Source: Mobula hypostoma (taxonomy: Eukaryota). From it: a stretch of 64,000 nt of DNA. Below are positions 49,031-63,300 of the stretch, piece by piece. Position numbers and translations under genes: made by a program. The notes under the pieces were generated by a model. That model had not been told where the DNA came from. It made no database searches and saw only the letters and a list, made by a program, of their open reading frames with translations. The stretch lies in the NCBI RefSeq assembly GCF_963921235.1, contig NC_086097.1, positions 139,812,001 through 139,876,000 on the forward strand, written 5' to 3'. Within the stretch, counting starts at the first letter, position 1. Every line of letters begins with the position of its first letter.

Positions 49031-50596
49031 ATTACAGAAACAGTGAGGGGAATCAGGGTCGGGGGGTTACAGAAACAGAGGGGAAATGGCATTGGGGGAG
49101 TGTTACAGAAACAGAGAGGGGAAACGGGGTTGGGGGAATGTTACAGAAACAGAGGGGAATCAGTGCTGGGGGAGTGTTATAGAAACAGAGAGGGGAAACG
49201 GGGTTGGGGGAATGTTACAGAAACAGAGAGGGGAATCAGTGTTGGGGGAGTGTTACAGAAACAGAGAGGGGAATCAGGGTCGGGGGGTTACAGAAACAGA
49301 GGGGAAATGGCATTGGGGGAGTGTTACAGAAACAGGAGAGGGGAATCGGAGTTGGGGAAGTGTTACAGAAACAGAGAGGGGAAACGGGGTTGGGGGAATG
49401 TTACAGAAACAGAGAGGGGAATCGGGGTTGGGGGAATGTTACAGAAACAGAGAGGGGAATCGGGGTTGGGGGAATGTTACAGAAACAGAGGGGAAACGGG
49501 TTGGGGAAGTGTTACAGAAACAGAGAGGGGAATCAGAGTTGGGGGAATGTTACAGAAACAGAGAGGGGAATCAGAGTTGGGGGAATGTTACAGAAACAGA
49601 GAGGGGAATCAGTGTTGGGGGAGTGTTACAGAAACAGAGAGGGGAATCAGGATCGGGGGTTACAGAAACAGAGGGGAAATGGCATTGAGGGAGTGTTACA
49701 GAAACAGGAGAGGGGAATTGGGGTTGGGGAAGTGTTACAGAAACAGAGAGGGGAAACGGGGTTGGGGGAATGTTACAGAAACAGAGAGGGGAATCAGTGC
49801 TGGGGGAGTGTTACAGAAACAGAGAGGGGAATCAGGGTTGGGGGGTTACAGAAACAGAGGGGAAATGGCATTGGGGGAGTGTTACAGAAACAGAGAGGGG
49901 AAACGGGGTTGGGGGAATGTTACAGAAACAGAGGGGAATCGGGGTTGGGGAAATGTTACAGAAACAGAAGAGGGGGATCGGGGTTAGTGGAATGTTACAG
50001 AAACAGGAGAGCGGAATCGGGATTGGGGAATGTTACAGAAACAGAGAGGGGAAATGGGGGTGGGGGAATGTTACAGAAACAGAGAGGGGAATCGGGGTTG
50101 GGAGAATGTTACAGAAACAGAGGAGAAACGGGTTGGGGAAGTGTTACAGAAACAGAGAGGGGAATCGGGGTTCAGGGAATGTTGCAGAAACAGAGAGGGG
50201 AATCTGGGTTGGGGAATGTTACAGAAACAGGAGAGGGGGATCGGGGTTGGGGGAGTGTTACAGAAACAGGAGAGGGGGAATCAGGGTTGGGGGAACATTA
50301 CAGAAACAGGAGAGGGGAATCGGGGTTGGGGGAATGTTACAGAAACAGGAGAGGGGAATCGGGGTTGGTGGAATGTTACAGAAACAGAGAGGGGAAACGG
50401 GGTTGGGGGAATGTTAAAGAAACAGGAGAGGGGAATCAGGGTTTGGGGAATGTTACAGAAACAGAGAGGGGAAACGGGGTTGGGGGAATGTTACAGAGAG
50501 GGGAATCGGGGTTGGGGGAATGTTACAGAAACAGAGGGGAAACGGGTTGGGGAAGTGTTACAGAAACAGAGAGGGGAAACGGGTTGGGGGAGTGTT
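49031..50596. repeat. Satellite A, ~36-39-bp unit
   Basis: GTTACAGAAACAGAGAGGGGAATCGGGGTTGGGGGAAT repeated up to the gap. Confidence 0.97.
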
Positions 50597-50796
50597 NNNN
50601 NNNNNNNNNNNNNNNNNNNNNNNNNNNNNNNNNNNNNNNNNNNNNNNNNNNNNNNNNNNNNNNNNNNNNNNNNNNNNNNNNNNNNNNNNNNNNNNNNNNN
50701 NNNNNNNNNNNNNNNNNNNNNNNNNNNNNNNNNNNNNNNNNNNNNNNNNNNNNNNNNNNNNNNNNNNNNNNNNNNNNNNNNNNNNNNNNNNNNNNN
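50597..50796. other. Assembly gap (200 N)
   Basis: Run of exactly 200 N, probably a fixed placeholder size. Confidence 0.99.
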
Positions 50797-51385
50797 GGTG
50801 ATCGGTGTTGATGATCTGTTTTGTGTAGGGGAGGGGGATCGGGGTTGATGATCTGTTTTGTGTAGGGGAGGGGGATCGGTGTTGATGATCTGTTTTGTGT
50901 AGGGGAGGGGGATCGGGGTTGATGATCTGTTTTGTGTAGGGGAGGGGGATCGGGGTTGATGATCTGTTTTGTGTAGGGGAGGGGAGTCGGGGTTGATGAT
51001 CTGTTTTGTGTAGGGGAGGGGGATCGGGGTTGATGATCTGTTTTGTGTAGGGGAGGGGGATCACGGTTGATGATCTGTTTTGTGCAGGGGAGGGAATCGG
51101 GGTTGATGATCTGTTTTGTGTAGGTGAGGGTGATCGGTGTTGATGATCTGTTTTCGGTAGGGGAGGGGGATCGGGGTTGATTATCTGGTTAGTGTAGGGG
51201 AGGGGAATCGGGGTTGATGATCTGTTTTCTGTAGGGGAGGGGAGCGGGGTTGATGATCTGTTTTGTTTAGGGGAGGAGAATCGGGGTTGATGATCTGTTT
51301 TGTGTAGGGGGGATTCGGGGTTGATGATCTGTTTTGTCCAGGGGAGCGGGATCGGGCTTAATGATCTGTTTTGAGGGGTGTGGGG
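50797..51385. repeat. Satellite B, 37-bp unit
   Basis: GGGGTTGATGATCTGTTTTGTGTAGGGGAGGGGGATC; period 37 (50841 to 50878). Confidence 0.97.
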
Positions 51386-51394
51386 ACTCAAGGA

Positions 51395-54300
51395 GATTAT
51401 GAGATCGTGAGGGGTGTAGGGACTGTAGGGTATATAGAGATAATGAGGGGTTTAGAGGACTGTAGGCAGTTATGAAGATAGTGAGGGCTGTAGGGACTGT
51501 AAGGGGTTATGGAGATAGTGAGGGGTGTAGGGACTGTAGGGGATTATAGAGATAGTGAGGAGTGTAGGGACTGTAGGAGTTTACGGAGATAGTGAGGGGT
51601 GTAGGGACTGCAGGGGTTTATGGAGATAGGGAGGAGTGTAGGGACAAGGGCATTACAGAAATAGGGAGGGGTGTAGGGACTGTAGGGTACATGGAGATAG
51701 TGAGGGGTGTAGGGACTGTAGGGGTTTATTGAGATAGTGAGGGGTGTAGGGACTGTAGGGGGTTTATGGAGATAGTGAGGGGTGTAGGGATCATAGGGGG
51801 TTATGGAGATAGAGAGGGGTGTAGGGACTGTAGGGGGTTATAGAGACAGTGAGGGGTGTAGGGACTGTAGGGTATATGGAGATAGTGAAGGGTGTAGGGA
51901 CTGTAGGGGTTTACGGAGATAGTGAGGGGTGTAGGGACTGTAGGGGATTATGGAGATAGTGAGGGGTGTAGGGACTGTAGGGGGTTATGGAGATAGTGAG
52001 GGGTGTAGGGACTGTAGGGGGTTATGGAGATAGTGAGGGGTGTAGGGACTGTGGGGGTTTATGGAGATAGTGAGGGGTGCAGGGACTGTAGGGGATTATA
52101 GAGATAGTGAGGGGTGTAGGGACTGTAGGGGTTTACGGAGATAGTGAGGGGTGTAGGGACTGCAGGGGTTTATGGAGATAGGGAGAAGTGTAGGGACGAG
52201 GGCATTACAGAGATAAGGAGGTGTGTACGGACGAGGGTACATGGAGATAGTGAGGGGTGTAGGGACTGTAGGGGTTTACGGAGATAGTGAGGGGTGTAGG
52301 GACTGTAGGGGAGATACGGAGATAATGAGGGGGGTAGGGACTGTAGGGGATTATGCAGTTAGTGACGGGGCAGGGACTGTAGGCGGTTATGGAGATAGTG
52401 AGGGGTGTAGGAACTGCAGGGGGTTATGGAGATAATGAGGGGTGTAGGGACTGTAAGGGGTTATGGAGATAGTGAGGGGTGCAGGGACTGTAGGGGTTTA
52501 TGGATATAGTGAGGGGTGTAGGGACTGCACGGAGTTATGGTGATACTGAGGCGTGTAGGGCCTGTAGGGGATAATGGAGATAGTGAGGGGTGTAGGGACT
52601 GTAGGGGATTATGGAGATAGTGAGGCGTGTAGGGACTGTAGGGGGTTATGGAGATAGTGAGGGGTGTAGGGACTATAGGGGGTTATGGAGATAGTGAGGG
52701 GTACAGGGACTGTAGGCGGTTATGGAGATAGTGAGGGGTGTAGGGACTGCAGGGGTTTATGGAGATAGGGAGGAGTGTAGGGACGAGGGCATTAGAAATA
52801 GGGAGGGTGTAGGGACTGTAGGGAACATGGAGATATTGAGGAGTGTAGGGACTGTAGGGGTTTATGGAGATAGTGAGGGGTGTAGGGACTGTTGGGGTTT
52901 ATGGAGATAGTGAGGGGTGTAGGGACTGTAGGGGGTTATGGAGATAGTGAGGGGTGTAGGGACTGTAGGGGGTTATGGAGATAGTGAGGGGTGTAGGGAC
53001 TGTAGGGTATATGGAGATAGTAAGGGGTGTAGGGACTGTGGGGGTTTACGGAGATAGTGAGGGGTGCAGGGACTGTAGGGGATTATAGAGATAGTGAGGA
53101 GTGTAGGGACTGTAGGGGTTTACGGAGATAATGAGGGGTGTAGGGACTGTAGGGGGTTATGGAGATAGGGAGGAGTGTAGGGATGAGGGCATTACAGAGA
53201 TAGTGAGGGGTGTAGGGACTGTAGGGGTTTACGGAGATAGTGAGGGGGTTAGGGACTGTAGGGGATTATGCAGTTAGTGACGGGGCAGGGACTGTAGGCG
53301 GTTATGGAGATAATGAGGGGTGTAGGGACTGTAGGGATTATGGAGATAGTGAGGGGTGTAGGGACTGTAGGGGGTTATGGAGATAATGAGGGGTGTAGGG
53401 ACTGTAGGGGTTATGGAGATAGTGAGGGGTGTAGGGACTGTAGGGGGTTATGGAGATAGTGAGGGGTGTAGGGACTGTAGGGGGTTATGGAGATAGTGAG
53501 GGGTGTAGGGACTGTAGGGGGTTATGGAGATAATGAGGGGTGTAGGGACTGTAGGGGTTATGCAGATAGTGAGGGGTGTAGGGACTGTAGGGGGTTATGG
53601 AGATAGTGAGGGGGGTAGGGACTGTAGGGGGTTATGCAGCTAGTGAGGGGTGTAGGGACTGTAGGGGGTTATGGTGATACTGAGGGGTGGAGGGACTGTA
53701 GAGGATAATAGAGATAGTGAGGGGAGTGTTGCAGGGACTGTAGGCGTTTATGGAGAAAGTGAGGGGTGTAGGGACTGTAGGCGTTTATGGAGAAAGTGAG
53801 TGGTGTAGGAAATGTAGGGGTTCCTGGAGATAATGAGTTGTGTAGGGACTGTAGGGGGTTATGGAGATACTGAGGGGTGTACGGACTGTAGGGTGTTATG
53901 GAGATAATGAGGGGTGGAGGGACTGTAGGGGGATTATAGAGATAGTGAGGGGTGTAGGGACTTTAGGGGGTTATGCAGATAGTGAGGGGCGTAGGGACTG
54001 TAGTGGGTTATGGAGATAGGGAGGGAATCGGGACTGAACGGGTTTGTGGAGATAATGAGGGGTGTAGGGACTCTAGGGGATTATGGAGATAGTGAGAGGT
54101 GTAGGGACTGTAGGGTATATAGAGATAATGAGGGGTTTAGAGACTGTAGGGGTTATAGAGATAGTGAGGGGTGTAGGGACTGTAGGGGGTTATCGAGATA
54201 GTGAGGGGTGTCGGGACTGTCGGGTATATGGAGATAGTGCGGGATGTAGGGACTGTAGGGTATTATGGAGATAGAGAGGGGTGTAGGGACTGTAGGGGAT

Positions 54301-57300
54301 TATAGAGATAGTGAGGGGTGTAGGGACTGTAGGGGTTTCCAGAGATAGTGAGGGGTGTAGGGACTGTAGGGGTTCATGGAGATAGGGAGGAGTGTAGGGA
54401 CAAGGGTATTACAGAGATAGGGAGGGGTGTAGGGACTGTAGGGTATATGGAGATAGTGAGGGGTGTAGGGACTGTAGGGGTTTATGGAGATAGTGAGGGG
54501 TGTAGGGACTGTAGGGGGTTATGGAGATAATGAGGGGTGTCGGGACTGTAGGCAGTTATGAAGATAGTGAGGGGTGTAGGGACTGTAGGGGGTTATGGGG
54601 ATAGTGAGGGGTGTAGGGACTGTAGAGGCTTATGGAGATAGTGAGGAGTGTAGGGAGTGTAGTGGTTTACGGAGATAGTGAGGGGTGTAGGGACTGTAGG
54701 GGAGTTACGGAGATAATGAGGGGTGTAGGGACTGTAGGGGATTATGCAGTGAGTGACGGGGTAGGGACTGTAGGCGGTTATGGAGATAGTGAGGGGTGTA
54801 GGGACCGCAGGGGTTTATGGAGATAATGAGGGGTGCAGGGACTGTAAGGGGTTATGGAGATAATGAGGGGTGTAGGGACTGTAGGGTATATAGAGATAAT
54901 GAGGGGTTTAGGGACTGTAGGGGGTTATGGAGATAGTGAGGGGTGTAGGGACTGTAGGGAATATGGAGATAGTGCGGGGTGTAGGAACTGCTGGGTATAT
55001 GGATATAGTGAGGGTTGTAGGGAACGTAGGGGGTTATGGAGATAGGGAGGAGTGTAGGGACAAGGGAATTACAGAGATAGGGAGTGGTGTACGGACTAGG
55101 GTACATGGAGATAGTGAGGAGTGTAGGGACTGTAAGGGGTTATCGAGATAGTGCAGGGTGTAGGGCCTGTACGGGTTTATGCAGATAATGAGGGTTGTAG
55201 GGAATGCAGGTGATTATAGAAATAGTGAGGCGTGTAGGGACTGTAGAGGGTTATGGAGATAGTGAGCGGTTTCGGGACTGTCAGGGTTATGGAGATAGTA
55301 AGGGGTGTAGGGACTGTAGGGTATATGGAGATAGTGAGGGGTGTAGGGACTGTAGGGGGTTTATGGAGATAGTGAGGGCTGTAGGGACTGTAGGGGGTTA
55401 TGGAGATAGTGAGGGTGTAGGGACTGTAGGGGTTTACAGAGATAGTGAGGGGTGTAGGGACTGTAGGGGAGTTACGGAGATAATGAGGGGTGTAGGGCCT
55501 GTAGGGGATAATGGAGATAGTGAGGGGTGTAGGGACTGTAGGGGGTTTATGGAGATACTGAGGGGTGTAGGGACTGAAGGGGATTATGGAGATAGTGAGG
55601 GGTGTAGGGACTGTAGGGGGTTATGGAGATAATTAGGGGTGTAGGAACTGTTGGGGAGTTTTGGAGATAATGAGGGGTGTAGGGAATGTAGGGGGTTATG
55701 GAGATCGTGAGGGGTGTAGGGTCTGAAGGGGTTTATGGAGATAGTGAGGGGTGCAGGGACTGTAGGGGGATTATGGAGATAGTGATGGGTGTAGGGACTG
55801 TACGGGGTTATGGTGATTCTGAGGGGTGTAGGGACAGTAGGGGATAATGGAGATAGTGTGTCAAGCGTTGCAGGGACTGTAGGCGTTTATGGAGAAAGTG
55901 AGGGGTGTAGGGACTGTAGGTGTTTATGGAAAAAGTGAGGGGTGTAGGAACTGTAGGGGGTTATGGAGATAATGAGGAGTGTAGGGACTGTAGGAGATTA
56001 TGGAGATAGTGAGCTGTGTAGGGACTGTAGGGGGTTATGGAGATAGTGAGGGGTGGAGGGACTGTAGGGGATTATGGAGGTAGTGAGGGGTGTAGGGACT
56101 GTACGGGTTAATAGAGATAGTGAGGGGAGGGTTGCAGGGACTGTAGGCGTTTATGGAGAAAGTGAAGGGTGTAGGAAATGTAGGGGGTTCTGGAGATAAT
56201 GAGGTGTGTAGGGACTGTAGGGGGTTATGGAGATACTGAGGGGTGCAGGGAGTGTAGGGGGTTATGGAGGTAGTGAGGGGTGGAGGGACTGTAGGGTTTT
56301 ATGGAGATATTGAGGGGTGTAGGGACTGTAGGGGGTTATGGAGATAGTGAGGGGTGTAGGGACTGTAGGGGGTTATGGAGATAATGAGGGGTGTAGGGAC
56401 TGTAGGGGTTATGCAGATAGTGAGGGGTCTAGGGACTGTAGGGGGTTATGGAGATAGTGAGCGGGGTAGGGACTGTAGGGGGTTATGGAGATACTGAGGG
56501 GTGTAGGGACTGTACGGGGTTATGGTGATACTGAGGGGTGGAGGGACTGTAGGGGATAATAGAGATAGTGAGGGGAGGGTTGCAGGGACTTTAGGCGAAT
56601 ATGGAGAAAGTGAGGGGTGTAGGGACTGTAGGCGTTTATGGAGAAAGTGAGGGGTGTAGGAAATGTAGGGGTTTCTGGAGATAATGAGTTGTGTAGGGAC
56701 TGTAGGGTGTTATGGAGATACTGAGGGGTGCACGGACTGTAGGGGTTTATGGAGATAATGAGGGGTGTAGGGACTGTAGGGGGTAATGCAGATAGTGAGG
56801 GGCGTAGGGACTGTAGGGGGTTATGGAGATAGGGAGGGAATAGGGAATGAAGGGGTTTGTGGAGATAATGAGGGGTGTAGGGACTGTAGGGGATTATGGA
56901 GATAGTGAGGGGTGTAGGGACTGTAGGGTATATAGAGATAATGAGGGGTTTAGAGACTGTAGGGGTTATAGAGATAGTGAGGGGTGTAGGGACTGTAGGG
57001 GGTTATGGAGATAGTGAGGGGTGTAGGGACTGTCGGGGGTTATGGAGATAGTGAGGGGTGTCGGGACTGTAGGGTATATGGAGATAGTGAGGGGTGTAGG
57101 GACTGTAGGGGGTTATGGAGATAATGAGGGGTGTAGGGACTGTAGGTGGTTATGGAGATAGTGAGAGGTGTAGGGACTCTAGGGGATTATGGAGATAGAG
57201 AGGGGTGTAGGGACTGTAGGGGGTTATGGGGATAGTGAGGGGTGCAGGGACTGTAAGGGATTATAGAGATAATGAGGGGTGAAGGGACTGTATGGGTTTA

Positions 57301-60300
57301 CAGAGATAGTGAGGGGTGTAGGGACTGTAGGGGTTCATGGAGATAGGGAGGAGTGTAGGGACAAGGGTATTACAGAGATAGGGAGGGGTGTACGGACTAG
57401 GGTACATGGAGATAGTGAGGGGTGAAGGGACTGCAGGGGTTTATGGAGATAGTGAGGGGTGTAGGGACTGTAGGGGGTTTATGGAGATAGTGAAAGGTGT
57501 AGCGACTGTAGGGGGTTATGTAGATAGAGAGGAGTGTAGGGTCTGTAGGGGGTTATAGAGATAGTGAGAGGTATAGGGACTGTAGAGGCTTATGGAGATA
57601 GTGAGCAGTGTAGGGAGTGTAGTGGTTTACGGAGATAGTGAGGGGTGTAGGGACTGTTGGGGAGTTACGGAGATACTGAGGGGTGTAGGGACTGTAGGGG
57701 ATTATGCAGTTAGTGACGGTGTAGGGACTGTAGGCGGTTATGGAGATAGTGAGGGCTGTAGAGACTGCAGGGGTTTATGTAGATAATGAGGTTTGTAGGG
57801 ACTGTAAGGGGTTATGGAGATAGTGAGGGGTGAAGGGACTGTAGGGGTTTATGTATATAGTGAGGAGTGTAGGGACTGCATGGAGTTATGGTGATACTGA
57901 GGGGTGTAGGGCCTGTAGGGGATAATGGAGATAGTGAGGGGTGTAGGCACTGTAGGGGGTTTATGGAGATAGTGAGGGGTGTAGGGACTGTAGGGGATTA
58001 TGGAGATAGTGAGGGGTGTAGGGACTGTAGGGGGTTATGGAGATAATTAGGGGTGCAGGAACTGTTGGGGAGTTTTGGAGATAATGAGGGGTGTAGGAAC
58101 TGTAGGGGGTTATGGAGATCGTGAGGGGTGTAGGGTCTGAAGGGGTTTATAGAGATAGTGAGGGGTGTAGGGACTGTAGGGGGTTATGGAGATCATCAGG
58201 GGTGTAGGGTCTGAAGGGGTTTATACAGTTAGTGAGGGGTGTAGGGACTGTAGGGGATTTTGGAATTAGTGAGGGGTGCAGGGACTGTACGGGGTTATGG
58301 TGATACTGAGGGGTGTAGGGACAGTAGGGGATAATGGAGATAGTGTGTCGAGGGTTGCAGGGACTGTAGGCGTTTATGGAGAAAGTGAGGGGTGTAGGGA
58401 CTGTAGGAGTTTATGGAAAAAGTGAGGGGTGTAGGAACTGTAGGGGGTTATGGAGATAATGAGGGGTGTAGGGACTGTAGGAGATTATGGAGATAGTGAG
58501 GTGTGTAGGGACTGTAGGGGGTTATTGAGATCGTGAGGGGTGTAGGGACTGTAGGGGTTTATGTATATAGTGAGGAGTGTAGGGACTGCACGGAGTTATG
58601 GTGATACTGAGGGGTGTAGGGACTGTAGAGTATATGGCGATAATGAGGGGTTTAAGGACTGTAGGGGTTACAGAGATAGTGAGGTGTGTAGGGACTGTCG
58701 GGGGTTATCGAGGTGGTGAGGGGTGTAGGGACTGTCGGGGGTTATCGAGGTGGTGAGGGGTGTAGGGACTGTCGGGGGTTATCGAGGTGGTGAGGGGTGT
58801 AGGGACTGTAGGGGTTATGGAGATAGTGAGGGGTGTAGGGACTGTAGGAGTTTATGGAAAAAGTGAGGGGTGTAGGAACTGTAGGGGGTTATGGAGATAA
58901 TGAGGGGTGTAGGGACTGTAGGGGTTTATGGAGATAGTGAGGGGTGTAGGGACTGTAGGGGGTTATGGAGATAGTGAGGGGTGTAGGGACTGTAGGGGTT
59001 TATGGAGATAGTGAGGGGTGTAGGGACTGTAGGGGGTTATGGTGATACTGAGGGGTGTAGGGACTGTAGAGTATATGGAGATAATGAGGGGTGTAGGGAC
59101 TGTAGGGGGTTATCGAGGTAGTGAGGGGTGTAGGGACTGTCGGGGGTTATCGAGGTGGTGAGGGGTGTAGGGACTGTCGGGGGTTATCGAGGTGGTGAGG
59201 GGTGTAGGGACTGTAGGGGGTTATGGAGATAGTGAGGGGTGTAGGGACTGTAGGGGTTATGGAGATAGTGAGGGGTGTAGGGACTGTAGGGGGTTATGGA
59301 GATAATGAGGGGTGTAGGGACTGTAGGGGTTATGCAGATAGTGAGGGGTCTAGGGACTGTAGGGGGTTATGGAGATAGTGAGCGGGGTAGGGACTGTAGG
59401 GGGTTATGGAGATAATGAGGGGTGGAGGGATTGTAGGGTATTATGGAAATAGTGAGGGGTGTAGGGACTGTAGGAGGTTATGGAGATAGTGAGGGGTGTA
59501 CGGACTGTAGGGGTTTATGGAGATAATGAGGGGTGTAGGGACTGTAGGGGGTTATGGAGATAGTGAGGGGTGTAGGGACTGTAGAGGGTTATGGAGATAG
59601 TGAGCGGTGTAGGGACTGTCAGGGTTATGGAGATAGTAAGAGGTGTAGGGGCTGTAGGGGTAATTGAGATAGTGAGGGGCGTAGGGACTCTAGCGGGTTA
59701 TGCAGATCGTGAGGAGCGTAGGGACTGTAGGGGATTATGCAGATATGGAGGGAATAGGGACTGAATGGGTTTGTGGAGATAGTGAGGGGTGTAGGGACTC
59801 TAGGGGATTATGGAGATAGTGAGGGCTGTAGGGACTGTAGGGGGTTATGCAGATAGTGAGGGGTGTAGGGACTGCAGGGTATATGGAGATAGTGAGGGGT
59901 GTAGGGACTGTAGGGGTTTATGGAGATAATGAGGGGTGTAGGGACTGTAGGGGGTTATGGAGATAGTGAGGGGTGTAGGGACTGTAGGGGGTTATAGGGA
60001 TAGTGAGGGGTGTAGGTTCTGTAGGGGATTATAGAGATAGTGAGGGGTGTAGGGACTGTAGGGATTTACAGAGATAGTGAGGGGTGTAGGGTCTGTAGGG
60101 GTTCATGGAGATAGGGAGGGGTGTACGGACTAGGGTACATGGAGATAGTGAGGGGTGTAGGGACTGCAGGGGTTTATGGAGATAGTGAGGGGTGTAGGGA
60201 CTGTAGGGGGTTTATGGAGATAGTGAGGAGTGTAGGGACTGTAGGGGGTTATGGAGATAGAGAGGGGTGTAGGGACTGTAGGGGGTTATAGAGATAGTGA

Positions 60301-63300
60301 GGGGTGTAGCGACTGAAGGCAGTTATGGAGATAGTGAGGGGTGTAGGGACTGTAGGGGATAATAGAGATTGTGATTGGAGGATTGCAGGGACTGTAGGCG
60401 TTTATGGAGATGGTGAGGGGTGTAGGGACTGTAGGCTTTCATGGAGAAAGTGAGGGGTGTAGGAAATGTAGGGGATTCTGGAGATAATGAGGTGTGTAGG
60501 GACTGTAGGGGGTTATGGAAATACTGAGGGGTGTAGGGACTGTAGGGTGTTATGGAGATAATGAGGGGTGGAGGGACTGTAGGGGATTATGGAGATAGTG
60601 AGCGGTGTAGGGACTGCAGGGGGTTATGGAGATAGTGAGCGTTGTAGGGACTGTCAGGGTTATGGAGATAGTAAGAGGTGTAGAGTCTGTAGGGGTAATA
60701 GAGATAGTGAGGGGTGTAGGGACTGTTGGGGGTTATGCAGATAGTGAGGGGCGTAGGGACTGTAGGGGGTTATGGAGATAGGGAGGGAATATGGACTGAA
60801 GGGGTTTGTGGAGATAGTAAGGGGTGTAGGGACTGTAGGGGTAATAGAGATAGTGAGGAGTGCAGGGACTGTAGGGGATTATGCAGATAGTGAGGGGCGT
60901 AGGGACTGTAGGTGGTTATGGAGATAGGGAGGGAATATGGACTGAAAGGGTTTGTGGAGATAGTAAGGGGTGTAGGGACTCCAGGGGATTATGGAGATAG
61001 TGAGGGCTGTAGGGACTGTAGGGGGTTATGGAGTTAGTGAGGGGTGTAGGGACTGTAGGGTATATGGAGATAGTGAGGGGTGTAGGGACTGTAGGGGGTT
61101 ATGGAGATAATGAGGGGTGTCGGGACTGTAGGCGGTTATGGAGATAGTGAGGGGTGTAGGGACTGTAGGAGGTTATACAGATAGTGAGGGCTGTAGGGCC
61201 TCTAGGGGATTATGGAGATAGAGAGGGGTGTAGGGACTGTAGGGGATTATGGGGATAGTGAGGGGTGTAGGGACTGTAGGGGATTATGGAGATAGGGAGG
61301 AGTGTAGGGACGAGGGCATTACAGATATAGGAAGGGGTGTACGGACTAGTGTACATGGAGATAGTGAGGGGTGTAGGTACTGTAGGGGGTTTATGGAGAA
61401 AGTGAGGGGTGTAGGGACTGTAGGGTATATGGAGATAGTGCGGGTTGTAGGGACTGTTGGGGGTTTATGGAGATAGTGAGGGCTGTAGGGACTGTAGGGG
61501 GTTATGGAGATAGTGAGGGGTGTAGGGACTGTAGGGGGTTATCGAGATAGTGAGGGGTGTAGGGACTGTAGAGGTTTATGGAGATGATGAGGGGTGTAGG
61601 GACTGTAGGGGGTTATGGAGATAATGAGGGGTGTCGGGACTGTAGGCGGTTATGGAGATAGTGAGGGGTGTAGGGACTCTAGAGGATTATGGAGATAGAG
61701 AGGGGTGTAGGGACTGTAGGGGGTTATGGGGATAGTGAGGGGTGTAGGGACTGTAGGGGATTATAGAGATAGTGAGGGGTGTAGGGACTGTAGGGGTTTA
61801 CAGAGATAGTGAGGGGTGTAGGGACTGTAGGGGTTCATGGAGATAGGGAGGAGTGTAGGGACGAGGGCATTACAGAGATAGGGAGGGGTGTACGGACTAG
61901 GGTACATGGAGATAGTGAGGGGTGTAGGGACTGTAGGGGTTTATGGAGATAGTGAGGGGTGTAGGGACTGTAGGGGTTCATGGAGATAGGGAGGAGTGTA
62001 GGGACGAGGGCATTACAGAGATAGGGAGGGGTGTACGGAGTAGCGTACATGGAGATAGTGAGGGGTGTAGGGACTGTAGGGGTTTATGGAGATAATGAGG
62101 GGTGTAGGGACTGTAGGGGATTTATGGAGATAGTGAGGGGTTTAGGGACTGTAGGGGGTTATGGAGATAGAAGGGGTGTAGGGACTGCAGGGGGTTATAG
62201 AGATAGTGAGGGGTGTAGGGACTGTAGGGGGTTATGGAGTTAGTGAGGGGTGTAGGGACTGTAGGGTATATGGAGATAGTGAGGGGTGTAGTGACTGTAG
62301 TGGTTTATGGAGATAATGAGGGGTGTAGGGACTGTAGGCGGTTATGGAGATGGTGAGGGGTGTAGGGACTCTAGCGGATTATGGAGATAGAGAGGAGTGT
62401 AGGGACTGTAGGGGGTTATGGGGATAGTGAGGGGTGTAGGGACTGTAGGGGATTATGGAGATAGTGAGGGGTGTAGGGACTGTAGGGGTTCATGAAGATA
62501 GGGAGGAGTGTGGGGACGAGGGCATTACAGAGATAGGGAGGGGTGTACGGACTAGGGTACATGGAGATAGTGAGGGGTGTAGGGACTGCAGGGGATTATG
62601 GAGATAGTGAGGGGTGTAGGGACTGTAGGGGGTTTATGGATATAGTGAGGGATTTAGGGACTGTAGGGGGTTATCGAGATAGTGAGGGGTGTAGGGACTG
62701 TAGGGGGTTATGGGGATAGTGAAGGGTGTAGGGACTGTAGGGGGTTATGGAGATAGTCAGCGGTGTAGGGACTGTCAGGGTTATGGAGATAGTAAGAGGT
62801 GTAGTGTCTGTCGGGGTAAGAGAGATAGTGAGGGGTGTAGGGACTGTTGGGAGTTATTCAGATAGTGAGGGGCGTAGGGACTGTAGGGGGTTATGGAGAT
62901 AGGGAGGGAATATGGACTGAAGGGGTTTGTGGAGATAGTAAGGGGTGTAGGGACTGTAGGGGTAATAGAGATAGTGAGGGGTGTAGGGACTGTAGGGGGT
63001 TATGCAGATAGTGAGGGGCGTAGGGACTGTAGGGGGTTATGGAGATAGGGAGGGAATATGGACTGAAAGGGTTTGTGGAGATAGTAAGGGGTGTAGGGAC
63101 TCTAGGGGATTATGGAGATAGTGAGGGCTGTAGGGACTGTAGGGGGTTATGGAGATAGTGAGGGGTGTAGGGACTGTAGGGGTTTATGGAGATAATGAGG
63201 GGTGTAGGGACTGTAGGGGGTTATGGAGATAATGAGGGGTGTAGGGACTGTAGGCGGTTATGGAGATAGTGAGGGGTGTAGGGACTGTAGGGGATTATAG

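Noticed and set aside
48965..51391. Long ORFs (200-535 aa) in satellites A and B
   Set aside because: They are translations of stop-poor tandem repeats, several running through the N gap; no domain signal.
52223..62243. CxxC-rich ORFs (GCRDCRG) in satellite C that look like metal-binding repeats
   Set aside because: They arise from the 37-bp unit, which shifts frame every copy and is full of TAG/TGA stops.
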